Source of the DNA: a virus
DNA: 64,000 bases
Strand: one strand, 5' to 3'
IMG/VR virus record: IMGVR_UViG_3300046514_000653
Location: 12,303 to 76,302 of that record
Within the stretch, counting starts at the first letter, position 1; each line of letters opens with the position of its first letter. Below, in pieces: positions 9,402-18,199 of the stretch. Below the pieces are notes generated by a model. That model worked only from the letters and a program-made list of their open reading frames with translations, was not told the origin of the DNA and searched no databases. A program made the translations under genes and the position numbers.

Positions 9402-9419
9402 TACACATACACTTTGTTG

Positions 9420-9449
9420 TTGACAAACGCCACCCAACTAAGCTAGACT
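9420..9449 (+). promoter_or_regulatory. sigma70-type promoter, likely leaderless
   Basis: TTGACA (9420-9425), 18 bp, TAGACT (9444-9449); ATG 9457. Confidence 0.75.
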
Positions 9450-9456
9450 TCCTGTC

Positions 9457-10278
9457 ATGGAATCTACAATGACGATGCGGTTGAACCTTAACGATGTAGT
9501 TCGTGTGAAGCTGACCGGCAACGGCATGCTTGGTTGGCTGGCGCACTGGAAGAAAGTGGGGATGACTGCACCAAAGCCGGATGCGTACCGCTACTTTCAT
9601 ATGCAGTTCTGGTATCTATGCCAGATCTTTGGTCATGATCTGCAGTCAAGGAAAACACAGCTATTCGTGCAGAACGAGATCTGCGTCGACTACCCGGCCG
9701 AGTTAGTTTCTGCTCCGATGCTAGTAACTAGTGCGTTACAGGAAGTCATTCGCAACTACGACATTCTGGTTCAAAACGACGATGATATCTGCCGCGACTT
9801 GGATATTGGACAGCACGGCAAGTATTTCATCCACAGTATCGACGAGGCTCGCCGGGTACTAAAAAGTAAAGTGAAGAGTGAGACGGGCAAGAGCGAAAAA
9901 GACACGCTCACTAACACTGTCTACTGCGAACAGCCTGAAGATACACCGCGTAATCCACCTAAATTTACCTGGAGTGGATTTCAGCCTGCAAGCGGACGTG
10001 TAGATCTGGACTCCCCGTACAACACCGATCTGCTCTCCTGTGACTGCCACATCAGTTGCTGGCAGCATCACGCACAGAAGCGTAATTGGCCCTATCTTAT
10101 GGTTTTTGGTCTTCCTGATTTCAGACACCAGGATATGGAAGACATCGTACCGTACGGCGCGTATGTGATGACTAACAACCCTACACGTTACTTGATCCAT
10201 CCGCGGTACTTTCAGAGCGCAAAGGATGGAATGCGAGAACGGCGTCATCGATACGGTAAGTCAGCGGGGAAGCTGTAA
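9457..10278 (+). CDS. hypothetical protein (appears to be a mosaic of small domains)
   Basis: 273-aa ORF directly after promoter. Confidence 0.65.
   Translation: MESTMTMRLNLNDVVRVKLTGNGMLGWLAHWKKVGMTAPKPDAYRYFHMQFWYLCQIFGHDLQSRKTQLFVQNEICVDYPAELVSAPMLVTSALQEVIRNYDILVQNDDDICRDLDIGQHGKYFIHSIDEARRVLKSKVKSETGKSEKDTLTNTVYCEQPEDTPRNPPKFTWSGFQPASGRVDLDSPYNTDLLSCDCHISCWQHHAQKRNWPYLMVFGLPDFRHQDMEDIVPYGAYVMTNNPTRYLIHPRYFQSAKDGMRERRHRYGKSAGKL
9721..9731. repeat. palindrome site, exact
   Basis: Coding, read as LVTS. Confidence 0.9.
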
Positions 10279-10312
10279 GGAAAGAATCAAGGAAAGTAAT
10301 CAAGGATTAGGG

Positions 10313-10732
10313 ATGAGCGACGATTCAAATCTCAACGGGCGCACCACCACTGTCGACGAGGGTGAGCAGTGGGCGTTCAGCCATAACCTCATCCCCTTCG
10401 CGGCTCTCTCTGACGAGTTGCTCATCGATCTCGACGCCGGAGAGGAGTTTGATTCCGTCGCGCTCGACCTGCTTACCGAAAGCGGCGTGGAGATCATCGA
10501 CCTGCTAGTAACTACCAGCAAGTCCGGACACCAGCATGTGTACATCCGGCTGAACCACAATATGAACGAGTTGGAGAGAGTGGCGCTGCAGGCGATGAGC
10601 GGCAGTGATCGGAGGAGAGAGGCGCACAGCTACAACCGGATTAAGCGCGGAAGTAAGACGCCGACGATGTTGTTCGAGACACCGGATATGGCTCAGGAGG
10701 TGGTGGAATGGAGAAAGAAGAGAAATCCTTAA
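10313..10732 (+). CDS. small archaeo-eukaryotic primase (AEP)-like fold protein
   Basis: LLIDLD (DxD) and TSKSGHQHVYIRL (SxxGxH) motifs. Confidence 0.5.
   Translation: MSDDSNLNGRTTTVDEGEQWAFSHNLIPFAALSDELLIDLDAGEEFDSVALDLLTESGVEIIDLLVTTSKSGHQHVYIRLNHNMNELERVALQAMSGSDRRREAHSYNRIKRGSKTPTMLFETPDMAQEVVEWRKKRNP
10505..10515. repeat. palindrome site (10/11) CTAGTAACTAC
   Basis: Coding, read as LVTT. Confidence 0.7.
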
Positions 10733-10887
10733 AGCCAGATCTGGAGTATTGTGTCAACCGCTGCCAGGAATTGATTTGTGATAATTGCCGTGAAGTCATG
10801 GGAGCGGTGTACGATTTTGATTTACAGGGGAATGAATTCTTCTGTCTTGAGTGCATGAAACTTTTGGGAAAGGTGGAGGAACTATAA
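10708..10887 (+). CDS. 59-aa zinc-ribbon protein (not in ORF track)
   Basis: RBS GGAGG; CDNC...CLEC. Confidence 0.5.
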   Translation: MEKEEKSLKPDLEYCVNRCQELICDNCREVMGAVYDFDLQGNEFFCLECMKLLGKVEEL

Positions 10888-10888
10888 G

Positions 10889-11146
10889 ATGCTGATCGGA
10901 AATAGTGACACCCAGAACTGGATTTTGCCGCCCTGGATAATTGCTCTCCTTATGCTGTTCGGCATTGTGGGAGTCTGGGCTATCTATCGCAGCGATCAGG
11001 ATTGGGAGAAGTATTCTAAAGAGCATGGATGCGTGGTTGTGGCTGTAGTAAACGCACAGACCGGCATGGTCGGGGATAAAACGATCTACATTCCTGGGTC
11101 GACGACGTACGCGTGTGATGAAGGAAGAATGAAGGTGACGCGATGA
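10889..11146 (+). CDS. small membrane protein
   Basis: TM segment WIIALLMLFGIVGVWAIY; RBS GGAGG. Confidence 0.7.
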   Translation: MLIGNSDTQNWILPPWIIALLMLFGIVGVWAIYRSDQDWEKYSKEHGCVVVAVVNAQTGMVGDKTIYIPGSTTYACDEGRMKVTR

Positions 11147-11379
11147 AGATTGACCCAAGTGTCACACCTAGTAAACTACCAGTGAAAACAGAAGAAGAGA
11201 TACGCAAAGCGATAGAGATTCTTCGCGCTGGTGCAAAACATTGCATAAGAAAGGGGGATCGGAACAAAGCCGCTATGTCTCTCGCCTCCGCCGACACTCT
11301 TTCCTGGGTATTAGGGGAAGGAAGTAGTGCAATCGTAGCTTTTCTTGAATATAAAGAGCCGTTTAAGCAGAAAAATTAA
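11143..11379 (+). CDS. hypothetical protein
   Basis: ATGA overlap. Confidence 0.6.
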   Translation: MKIDPSVTPSKLPVKTEEEIRKAIEILRAGAKHCIRKGDRNKAAMSLASADTLSWVLGEGSSAIVAFLEYKEPFKQKN

Positions 11380-11382
11380 AGT

Positions 11383-12972
11383 ATGACTGCCCGTTGTCCA
11401 GACTGCCCGACCCAGGACTTCCTGCCGATCATCGGTTCTGGCCCCATCCCCTGCCCGATCCTAGGTCTCGGAGAACGTCCTGGCAGACGCGAGATGGAAA
11501 GGAATGCAGTCTTCTGTGGACCGACCGGAGAAGAGCTGGATCAAACCTACCTGCCTCTGGCCAATCTCTACCGCTCCGAGATCCGCATTGAAAACATCTG
11601 CCGCTGCTACGCTCTCGGCAATCGTGCGCCGACTAATAAAGAGATCTTCTCTTGCGCCCGGTTCTTTCTTCCAAATGTACTGAAGCGAGTACAGCCGGAG
11701 TTGATCATCCTCATGGGCGGAAGCGCACATCGGATTGTAGACCAGATCGGAGATAGGAAAGTCAGAGTTGATATGATGCATGGGCGCCCGTTTCAGGCTA
11801 GTCTGCTCGATGGGCTCTGGACTGGCTGGATCTGGTCGAGTTACCATCCGTCTTTAGGGATGCACGATACAAGCAAGATGTCGGATCTCATGGATGACTT
11901 CCGAAATCTTGCGGGTTGGAGAAGCGGGGAGTGGACGCCACCAGAACCGGGAGAGGTGAAGAAGGATTATGCGCTTATTGAAACTGCTTCTGCACTACGA
12001 AGCTATCTCCAAGCTGGAACTAATTTCCAGCGAGATCAGGGACATGGGTTTGGAATCCCAGGAGTCATCAGAAGCGCGACAGACACAGAGAGACATGGAT
12101 CTGCCATGTGGTCGACCCAGGTGTCTCTCAGACCTCATAGCGCCCGTCTCTTGCGCTATCTCCCCGGTGATTCCGTCAGCCGCTCCATCTTTGATGAATT
12201 CCTCCGATGGCAGCAAGAAACGCGAGCGGAGATCGTCCTTCATAACGCACCTCAGGATCTCGACGCAATGGGCAAGATGGGAGTCGAGCCGGACGAGGAT
12301 TTATTCTCGGACACAATGCAGGAAGCATTTCAGCAGGCGCGCCCTCAGGGGTTAAAGACGCTCGCGTACCGGTTCAAAGGCGTCTCGATGCAGAGCTGGC
12401 AGGAAGTAGTTTGGCCAGCTAGTGTGGAAGCGGCCGTGGAATGGCTGGATCGCGCGATAGGTTTAGCAGAGGAGCATCTCAGGACCGATGTGGTCACAGA
12501 GATGAAGACCTGGACGTGCAAGGCTTGTGGACATAAAGCTCATCCGGAGAAAAAGTGTAAGTCTAAAGCCGGTGGAGCGGCGGTTCCATGCGGCTGTGAA
12601 GACTGGGAACGATTTAGTAATCTTGTGCGCAGTACCAAGCCGGGGGCTATGGAGGCAGTGTTGAGGCACGTGCTCGCGCACACAGGGAGAAGCAGCGAGG
12701 ACGATAAGCCGTACAATCCCTGGAAGGCGATTAAAAAGACAGTGTTTGAACGCGGCGGGTTACGGGGGAATGTACCTGAACCGTATGAGTGGGAAGGGCT
12801 GGAGGCGGTGTTAGGACCGATGCCGATTCTAGGGATCGGTAACTGTACAATCACGGAGGCAGTTGCGTATGGATGTTCCGACGCAGATCATACCGGACAG
12901 GTGGCTGAAGAGCTGGCACTGGGGCGGGCGAGCGAAGCGGATTTGGTTCCTGAGGAGGATTGGGATAGGTGA
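11383..12972 (+). CDS. uracil-DNA-glycosylase family 4-like domain fused to PolA-type 3'-5' exonuclease (N-terminal half of split DNA polymerase)
   Basis: CPDC, GERPGRRE, FCGPTG, NICRC...NRAP...C, YHPS; then ExoI TDTE, ExoII HNAPQD, DTM, GLKTLA, ExoIII YGCSDAD. Confidence 0.85.
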   Translation: MTARCPDCPTQDFLPIIGSGPIPCPILGLGERPGRREMERNAVFCGPTGEELDQTYLPLANLYRSEIRIENICRCYALGNRAPTNKEIFSCARFFLPNVLKRVQPELIILMGGSAHRIVDQIGDRKVRVDMMHGRPFQASLLDGLWTGWIWSSYHPSLGMHDTSKMSDLMDDFRNLAGWRSGEWTPPEPGEVKKDYALIETASALRSYLQAGTNFQRDQGHGFGIPGVIRSATDTERHGSAMWSTQVSLRPHSARLLRYLPGDSVSRSIFDEFLRWQQETRAEIVLHNAPQDLDAMGKMGVEPDEDLFSDTMQEAFQQARPQGLKTLAYRFKGVSMQSWQEVVWPASVEAAVEWLDRAIGLAEEHLRTDVVTEMKTWTCKACGHKAHPEKKCKSKAGGAAVPCGCEDWERFSNLVRSTKPGAMEAVLRHVLAHTGRSSEDDKPYNPWKAIKKTVFERGGLRGNVPEPYEWEGLEAVLGPMPILGIGNCTITEAVAYGCSDADHTGQVAEELALGRASEADLVPEEDWDR

Positions 12973-13325
12973 TGTCAAAGCATTTAACAAGCAATTCGAC
13001 GATTCAAGAGATCCAGGAAGCAATGGCCGCACTCCGGAAATCGAGCGATTTCAAACCGAATCGGATGCTCATCCCCATGTCCTTACTGGAGAGCCGGTAC
13101 GGGAAGCCAGGGTTGAAGCTTGAAGCTATGCAGGAGGGCGGGTTGTATCGTTGCTGCATTACCTGTGGGGCCAGGACTATCTTCTGGGGCAAGGATGAGA
13201 AACGGTTCTTGCGCCGGCATCCGAAGTTGTGCAAAGAGCGGGGAGCGTTCATGCGACAACTGGCGCAAGGGGTGAGGAGTGTGGAAAGCGAGCCGCGAGG
13301 AGAGGAAGGAGGAAGTGATGAGTGA
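12969..13325 (+). CDS. hypothetical protein with CxxC/H/C zinc motif
   Basis: CCITCG...RHPKLC. Confidence 0.6.
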   Translation: MMSKHLTSNSTIQEIQEAMAALRKSSDFKPNRMLIPMSLLESRYGKPGLKLEAMQEGGLYRCCITCGARTIFWGKDEKRFLRRHPKLCKERGAFMRQLAQGVRSVESEPRGEEGGSDE

Positions 13326-13605
13326 TACAGAATTTGATGCCGAGCACATGTTGGATAGAGCGGAATTGTTTACGTCTTTTGACGCCTACAATCCAATCAC
13401 ACGCCTACCTCTCTGGATGCAAGAACGATACTTTGAGGATCGCGCGGCCGAGTATCAACGCCTGAAAAACGCGCAAGCCGCGCTCGACATTCTGCAGGCA
13501 GGTGGAGTCGTCAACACTCCAGATCTCTTCTGGTCCGCGGCGAGCGGAGAGACTCTGGTCGATGCGATCAAGCGCATTCACCAGGAAAGACTCTGGCACA
13601 GATAA
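13318..13605 (+). CDS. hypothetical protein
   Basis: RBS AGGAGG before ATG 13318. Confidence 0.6.
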   Translation: MSDTEFDAEHMLDRAELFTSFDAYNPITRLPLWMQERYFEDRAAEYQRLKNAQAALDILQAGGVVNTPDLFWSAASGETLVDAIKRIHQERLWHR

Positions 13606-13793
13606 TGGGACAGGTGATGTTCGCCCGCGATTACGGTCCTGGAAAGTGCAAGTATTGCGACGTGGACTTCCGGCGTCCTAACGCCCGCAGCAATGGGACT
13701 GTCTGCAGCAAAGACGGGTGCCAGGACAAAGCGAAGAAAGAAAGGATGAGGGTGACGAATGCCTTACGACCTCGCGTACATCGAAGAGCATAA
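13605..13793 (+). CDS. small zinc-finger protein
   Basis: CKYC...CSKDGC. Confidence 0.6.
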   Translation: MGQVMFARDYGPGKCKYCDVDFRRPNARSNGTVCSKDGCQDKAKKERMRVTNALRPRVHRRA

Positions 13794-14016
13794 CCGAGCG
13801 CACGGCTGCACGGAAATCTGCCCGGCCTGTCATGGCGACGGAGGCAGAGGAGCGCAGCCACATTGCTCGCAGTGCGTCGGTTGGGGCAAGGTCAAGCCAG
13901 GTCTTGATGCAACGTGTGTACACGAAGATGATCGAGGAGAAAATATCGGACGGTGTTTAACGCTCTATCGCTGTACGAAGTGCGGCAGGCGCAGGGAAGT
14001 GGATTCGAGCGATTAA
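13759..14016 (+). CDS. DnaJ-type CxxCxGxG zinc-finger protein
   Basis: CPACHGDG, CSQCVGWG, CTKCG. Confidence 0.65.
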   Translation: MPYDLAYIEEHNRAHGCTEICPACHGDGGRGAQPHCSQCVGWGKVKPGLDATCVHEDDRGENIGRCLTLYRCTKCGRRREVDSSD

Positions 14017-14031
14017 GATTGAAGCTCGTTG

Positions 14032-14060
14032 TTGACAAACTCTCACAATACACATACACT
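14032..14060 (+). promoter_or_regulatory. sigma70-type promoter, likely leaderless
   Basis: TTGACA (14032-14037), 17 bp, TACACT (14055-14060); ATG 14069. Confidence 0.8.
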
Positions 14061-14068
14061 TAAATCCT

Positions 14069-14578
14069 ATGAAACCAAGACTCGGCGGTCTCACTCTCTT
14101 AACTATGGCGGCGTCGATGCTGACAGCGGTATCATACGGCTCGTCCATCCAGGACTACACCCCTTGTACACAAATGGGAGACAGCGCGTATTGCAACGTA
14201 CTCTTCCCGCAACTCATGGGGACTCTGTTCTACTCTCCGCAAAATCCCATTGGCGGCATCCGGTGGTTATCACATGAAGCCGAGACCGATGCGATTCTTT
14301 ACTTCGGTCCAGTAATCGCCCCAAATCCTTCCTGGTTCTACGTCCCTGGACTGGCCGGGTATTTTAGCCTGCAGACCGAACAAACAAATCCGCCGCTAAC
14401 CCTTCCTGCCCCATCTACTGCCGTCCCCGAGCCGTCAATCCGATACATCTTCTCAGCGCTCCTAGGCATCTGGTTCGGAATGTATGTCTGGGATCGGATT
14501 CGCCAGCGTCAAACGCGCAAGAGGCTGGATCATCTGCGCAATTCCCACCCGGAGTTGCACGATTTAAGCGACAATTGA
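14069..14578 (+). CDS. PEP-CTERM sorting-domain surface protein
   Basis: N-terminal signal peptide; VPEPS, TM helix, basic tail RIRQRQTRKR. Confidence 0.8.
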   Translation: MKPRLGGLTLLTMAASMLTAVSYGSSIQDYTPCTQMGDSAYCNVLFPQLMGTLFYSPQNPIGGIRWLSHEAETDAILYFGPVIAPNPSWFYVPGLAGYFSLQTEQTNPPLTLPAPSTAVPEPSIRYIFSALLGIWFGMYVWDRIRQRQTRKRLDHLRNSHPELHDLSDN

Positions 14579-14598
14579 ACAGTGAGGTGAACTAGAAC

Positions 14599-14925
14599 AT
14601 GGGCGCGATTGTCAATGTCCTGTTAACCATCAGTGGTACGTTGATCAGCATTTGGAATACCGCCAGGGGACTCCTGGAAGAATTGAGAGGACTAAGAATG
14701 GACTTTACGAAGTTGATTGCGATTATGCAACAGTTGCAGACCGATGTGAGCACGGAAATTGCCGCAGCACAGGCTGCTATTAACGCAGCGAAAGCTGGCG
14801 ATCAGAGCCAGTTGGATGCGGCGACAGACAGCTTGACCAAAACGGATCAGGCAATTAAGGATGCCACGACTGCGTTCATTGCCGCGGTTCCTGCAGGGCC
14901 GGCCGCGGAAGCGACGAAGAGCTAA
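14599..14925 (+). CDS. Ala-rich coiled-coil protein
   Basis: RBS GAGGTG; heptad-like helical composition. Confidence 0.65.
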   Translation: MGAIVNVLLTISGTLISIWNTARGLLEELRGLRMDFTKLIAIMQQLQTDVSTEIAAAQAAINAAKAGDQSQLDAATDSLTKTDQAIKDATTAFIAAVPAGPAAEATKS

Positions 14926-15018
14926 GAAGCTGTAGGAAGGCCGACAGTTCACCTGCGTTAGTGGTGAGGGAAGCCGGGAGCCCATACATCCCGGCAATCA
15001 TCTATAGGAACAAGGGGA

Positions 15019-16242
15019 ATGACGAATATGGCAGCGGCGGCTCCAAATCTCGGCACGATCAAGTGCCCGGCCTGTAAGAACATTATCAAGCTCACAGAAG
15101 CGATGGCAAGTACACTTCTGGAGCAGGAACAGACCAAGCATCAGGCGGAGATGCTGGATGTTGAGAATAAACTCAGGGTCGAGTTTAACGCCAAGTTCCA
15201 AACCACCGTGGACAAGAGCGTTGCATTACGCGTCGCAAAGACCATGGAGATTGCTGACAACACACGTAAGAACGCTGAACAAGCCTTCGCCGACCTGGAA
15301 GTCATGAAAAGACAGCTTGGCGAGGCGCAAAAGGCACAGGCGGCGTCTCTAGCTCGGGAACGGGCATTAGAAACGAAGGAACGGGAGTTGGATTTGACTA
15401 TCCAGCGCCGGGTGAATAGTGAAGCTTCCCAGATCCGTGATCAAGCACGGAATTCAGTCGCGGCTGAATATCAGTTGCAAGTCGCCGAGAAGGACCAGCA
15501 ACTCTCCGGTCTGCAAGTTCAGATTGAAGAACTTCGACGCCGGGCGGAGCAGGGGAGCACGCAGTTGCAAGGCGAGACACAGGAGATCGTTCTAGAAGAT
15601 ACGCTTCAAGCAACCTGGATGGAAGATACGATCTCGCCTGTTGCCAAAGGTGTCTTTGGCGGCGACTGTCTTCAATCCGTCATGGGTCCGAATCTTCGCC
15701 CGGCCGGATCGATTCTCTTTGAGTCCAAGCGGACGAAGGTGTGGCAAGACAATTGGTTGAGTAAGCTGCGGCTCGACCAGAGGAACGCAAAGGCAGATGT
15801 GGCTGTCATTGTCACGCAGGCATTGCCGCGCGAAATGGTGGCGAACAATCAATCCTTCATGCTGGTCGAAGGAGTGTGGGTGTGCCAGTGGGCGCTCCTC
15901 ATTCCATTCGTCTTCGTCCTTCGCCGCGGGCTGATCGACTTAGCCTCATCCAAAATCGCCGCGGCTGGAGCGGAGACTAAAGCGGAGCTGGTCTACGCTT
16001 ATCTATCCAGCCAGTTGTTCAAACAACGTGTGCAGGGGATGCTGGAGTACGTCGCCGGGATGAAAGACCTGCTGGAGAAAGAGAAGAGGCAGATGCAGGC
16101 GGCGTGGGCAGCGAGAGACCGGCAGATCGATGGGCTGGTTACTAGCGTTGCGGGGATGTACGGGGATCTGTCGGGGATTGCAGGCGGCGGGATCGCGCAG
16201 GTGGAAGGGTTGCAGGTGGGAGTGGTGGAGGGAAAGGTGTAA
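15019..16242 (+). CDS. DUF2130 family protein (zinc ribbon, coiled coil, RmuC-like nuclease fold)
   Basis: IKCPAC, QGSTQLQGE..E, GGDCLQ, ILFESKRTKVW...W..KL. Confidence 0.85.
   Translation: MTNMAAAAPNLGTIKCPACKNIIKLTEAMASTLLEQEQTKHQAEMLDVENKLRVEFNAKFQTTVDKSVALRVAKTMEIADNTRKNAEQAFADLEVMKRQLGEAQKAQAASLARERALETKERELDLTIQRRVNSEASQIRDQARNSVAAEYQLQVAEKDQQLSGLQVQIEELRRRAEQGSTQLQGETQEIVLEDTLQATWMEDTISPVAKGVFGGDCLQSVMGPNLRPAGSILFESKRTKVWQDNWLSKLRLDQRNAKADVAVIVTQALPREMVANNQSFMLVEGVWVCQWALLIPFVFVLRRGLIDLASSKIAAAGAETKAELVYAYLSSQLFKQRVQGMLEYVAGMKDLLEKEKRQMQAAWAARDRQIDGLVTSVAGMYGDLSGIAGGGIAQVEGLQVGVVEGKV
16135..16145. repeat. palindrome site (10/11) CTGGTTACTAG
   Basis: Coding, read as LVTS, G/C flanks. 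Confidence 0.75.
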
Positions 16243-16244
16243 GT

Positions 16245-16547
16245 ATGAAGACTATCCAAGCAAACTGTATTTCACCAGAAGTAGCACGTGAAATATGTTC
16301 TGTCGGAGTCTTTCCAGAATATACGCCTGCTAGCCCCGATCCTATTCAGGGCATCGGCTGCAAGTTCTTACTCGGAGGACCGCTTACAGGACAGTTAGTT
16401 GTAGTCGTTGGGGAGACAGATCTAGCAGGGTTTAGAGAGGCTGTGGCTATAAGCGACCTGCCTGAACAGTTAAAAGTAATGTTGATCCTTGATCCAATGA
16501 CCAACACACGTTTCTGGAAGATCTCGACGGATTATAACAGGGATTAA
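16245..16547 (+). CDS. hypothetical protein
   Basis: ORF in operon order. Confidence 0.6.
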   Translation: MKTIQANCISPEVAREICSVGVFPEYTPASPDPIQGIGCKFLLGGPLTGQLVVVVGETDLAGFREAVAISDLPEQLKVMLILDPMTNTRFWKISTDYNRD

Positions 16548-16555
16548 GAACAGTC

Positions 16556-16771
16556 ATGAAGATCAAACTCCCACGTCCGTTCGTTTACTACTGGAATGGC
16601 GCTTGGTACGTGGAATGTTCCAGTTGGCCGGATAGTCCTGTCTCTGGTTATGAGGTATACGGTCCCATTCCCGACCTGGAAACTGCGATTAACGTGGCTA
16701 TCGAACGTGTGATGTTTGTTCAAGTCGTCTTCAAGAAAATGCTCATAGAGATAGAGAGTAAATTAGCATGA
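16556..16771 (+). CDS. hypothetical protein
   Basis: ATGA overlap with next gene. Confidence 0.6.
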   Translation: MKIKLPRPFVYYWNGAWYVECSSWPDSPVSGYEVYGPIPDLETAINVAIERVMFVQVVFKKMLIEIESKLA

Positions 16772-17100
16772 CTACTGTGATCAACATCACCACCCAGCGC
16801 AACGCGTACTACCACGCACGCAAGGCTGGCACGTATGTTTACATCGGGCGCCATCCACACTCACTCGGTCCGTGGGGAAATAAGTACACGCATGTGCTGA
16901 AGACCGCGGTTCCTGGAGTGGTGAGAGTCAATAACCGGGAAGAAGCGGTGCGCAGGCATCGGGAAGACATGCTCGCCGACCCGGTTATGATGAAGAAGAT
17001 CAGGGAAGAGTTGAAGGACAAGGTGCTCGGATGCTGGTGTCATCCGCTATCTTGTCATGGCCAGACATACGCTGCGATTGCGAATGGAGAATTGAAATAA
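16768..17100 (+). CDS. DUF4326 family protein
   Basis: VYIGR...WGN..., LKDKVLGCWCHPLSCHG. Confidence 0.85.
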   Translation: MTTVINITTQRNAYYHARKAGTYVYIGRHPHSLGPWGNKYTHVLKTAVPGVVRVNNREEAVRRHREDMLADPVMMKKIREELKDKVLGCWCHPLSCHGQTYAAIANGELK

Positions 17101-17103
17101 CAC

Positions 17104-17535
17104 ATGAGCGAACAATCGAGAATCATCCTACCTGGAGCACCGGCCAATAATCCCGCGCAGATGTCCGCGGAGCAAGTACGGAAGCTGAATAATGCCCGGC
17201 AGATCAGCGCCTACCTCACGCTTATCATGAACCTTCGCTCCGGCCGCGAGACTGCACAGATTGAAGTAGCTGGGAAGCTATATGATCTGACGGCCGCTAT
17301 CGCCATTCATCCAATCCTGGAGATTCTGGTCCCATTAATAACCATGCAGGAGTTGCTGAACGTCTGCGCTTCTCTCGTCGGAGCGCCTGTCAAGACCGCG
17401 GTAGGAAAGTTCCATCTACATGTGCATCAGGTAAAGCAAACGCCACTGCCGCAAATATCAACAGAACCGGCAGATACAATCACTCATGATCTAGAAATTA
17501 AGGAGCCCGCAAATGAAACTGATGAACAGAAGTAA
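17104..17535 (+). CDS. hypothetical protein
   Basis: ORF in operon order. Confidence 0.65.
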   Translation: MSEQSRIILPGAPANNPAQMSAEQVRKLNNARQISAYLTLIMNLRSGRETAQIEVAGKLYDLTAAIAIHPILEILVPLITMQELLNVCASLVGAPVKTAVGKFHLHVHQVKQTPLPQISTEPADTITHDLEIKEPANETDEQK

Positions 17536-18199
17536 GAGCAGTCAGAGCAGTCAGAGCAGTCAGATTGCGTTATTGCTTGCGCTAGTTACTAGTTCAGGAA
17601 TGGCGCAACTCGGCCGGGGACAAACGCCGAACGCGACAATTACAGTCACAGCCAGTCCCACGAGCGTGAAGCCGGGTGGACAGACTACGATCACCTGGAC
17701 ACTTTCAGGAAACGCAGCACCCGCGGCTCTGCAAGCTCTTCCGTCCATTCCTCTTGGCTGGAACATGACGACGCCGGCCGCGACGCCTGCATTGACCGCA
17801 GTGCCTAAGCAGGTGCAGTGTGGGACAGCGACGTGCGTGATCTATGGACAGAACCTGCTTCCTATTCCGAACGTAGCAATCGTTACGCAAGTCTTGACCG
17901 TTCCGGTGACGGCTACTACTGGAACACAAACGGCGACAGTGACAGGAGGGCTCTGGTCAAATACTATAGGAGCGTTCCCGACTGCGCTGACTGTAGTGCC
18001 AGTGACGTTGACGGTTCTACCTTCACCGTATGACGTGAATGGAGACGGGCAGGTGACGACGGCTGATATTACAGCTATGGCGCTGCAGGTGGCCAACGGG
18101 AATTGTACAGCGGACCCGAGCGGGCTGGGAGGACCGTGTCAAGTGAATAGGGTTTATGACGAGATCAGCGGTTGGCAGGCTAATGGGAGCAAACCATGA
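17513..18199 (+). CDS. secreted protein with cohesin/Ig-like beta domain and dockerin-like C-terminus
   Basis: Signal IALLLALVTSSGMA-Q; DVNGDGQVTTAD calcium-binding loop. Confidence 0.65.
   Translation: MKLMNRSKSSQSSQSSQIALLLALVTSSGMAQLGRGQTPNATITVTASPTSVKPGGQTTITWTLSGNAAPAALQALPSIPLGWNMTTPAATPALTAVPKQVQCGTATCVIYGQNLLPIPNVAIVTQVLTVPVTATTGTQTATVTGGLWSNTIGAFPTALTVVPVTLTVLPSPYDVNGDGQVTTADITAMALQVANGNCTADPSGLGGPCQVNRVYDEISGWQANGSKP
17537..17563 (+). repeat. in-frame 9-bp tandem repeat (AGCAGTCAG)x3
   Basis: Encodes SSQSSQSSQ in the signal-peptide n-region. Confidence 0.9.
17582..17592. repeat. palindrome site, exact
   Basis: Inside signal-peptide coding sequence. Confidence 0.9.
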
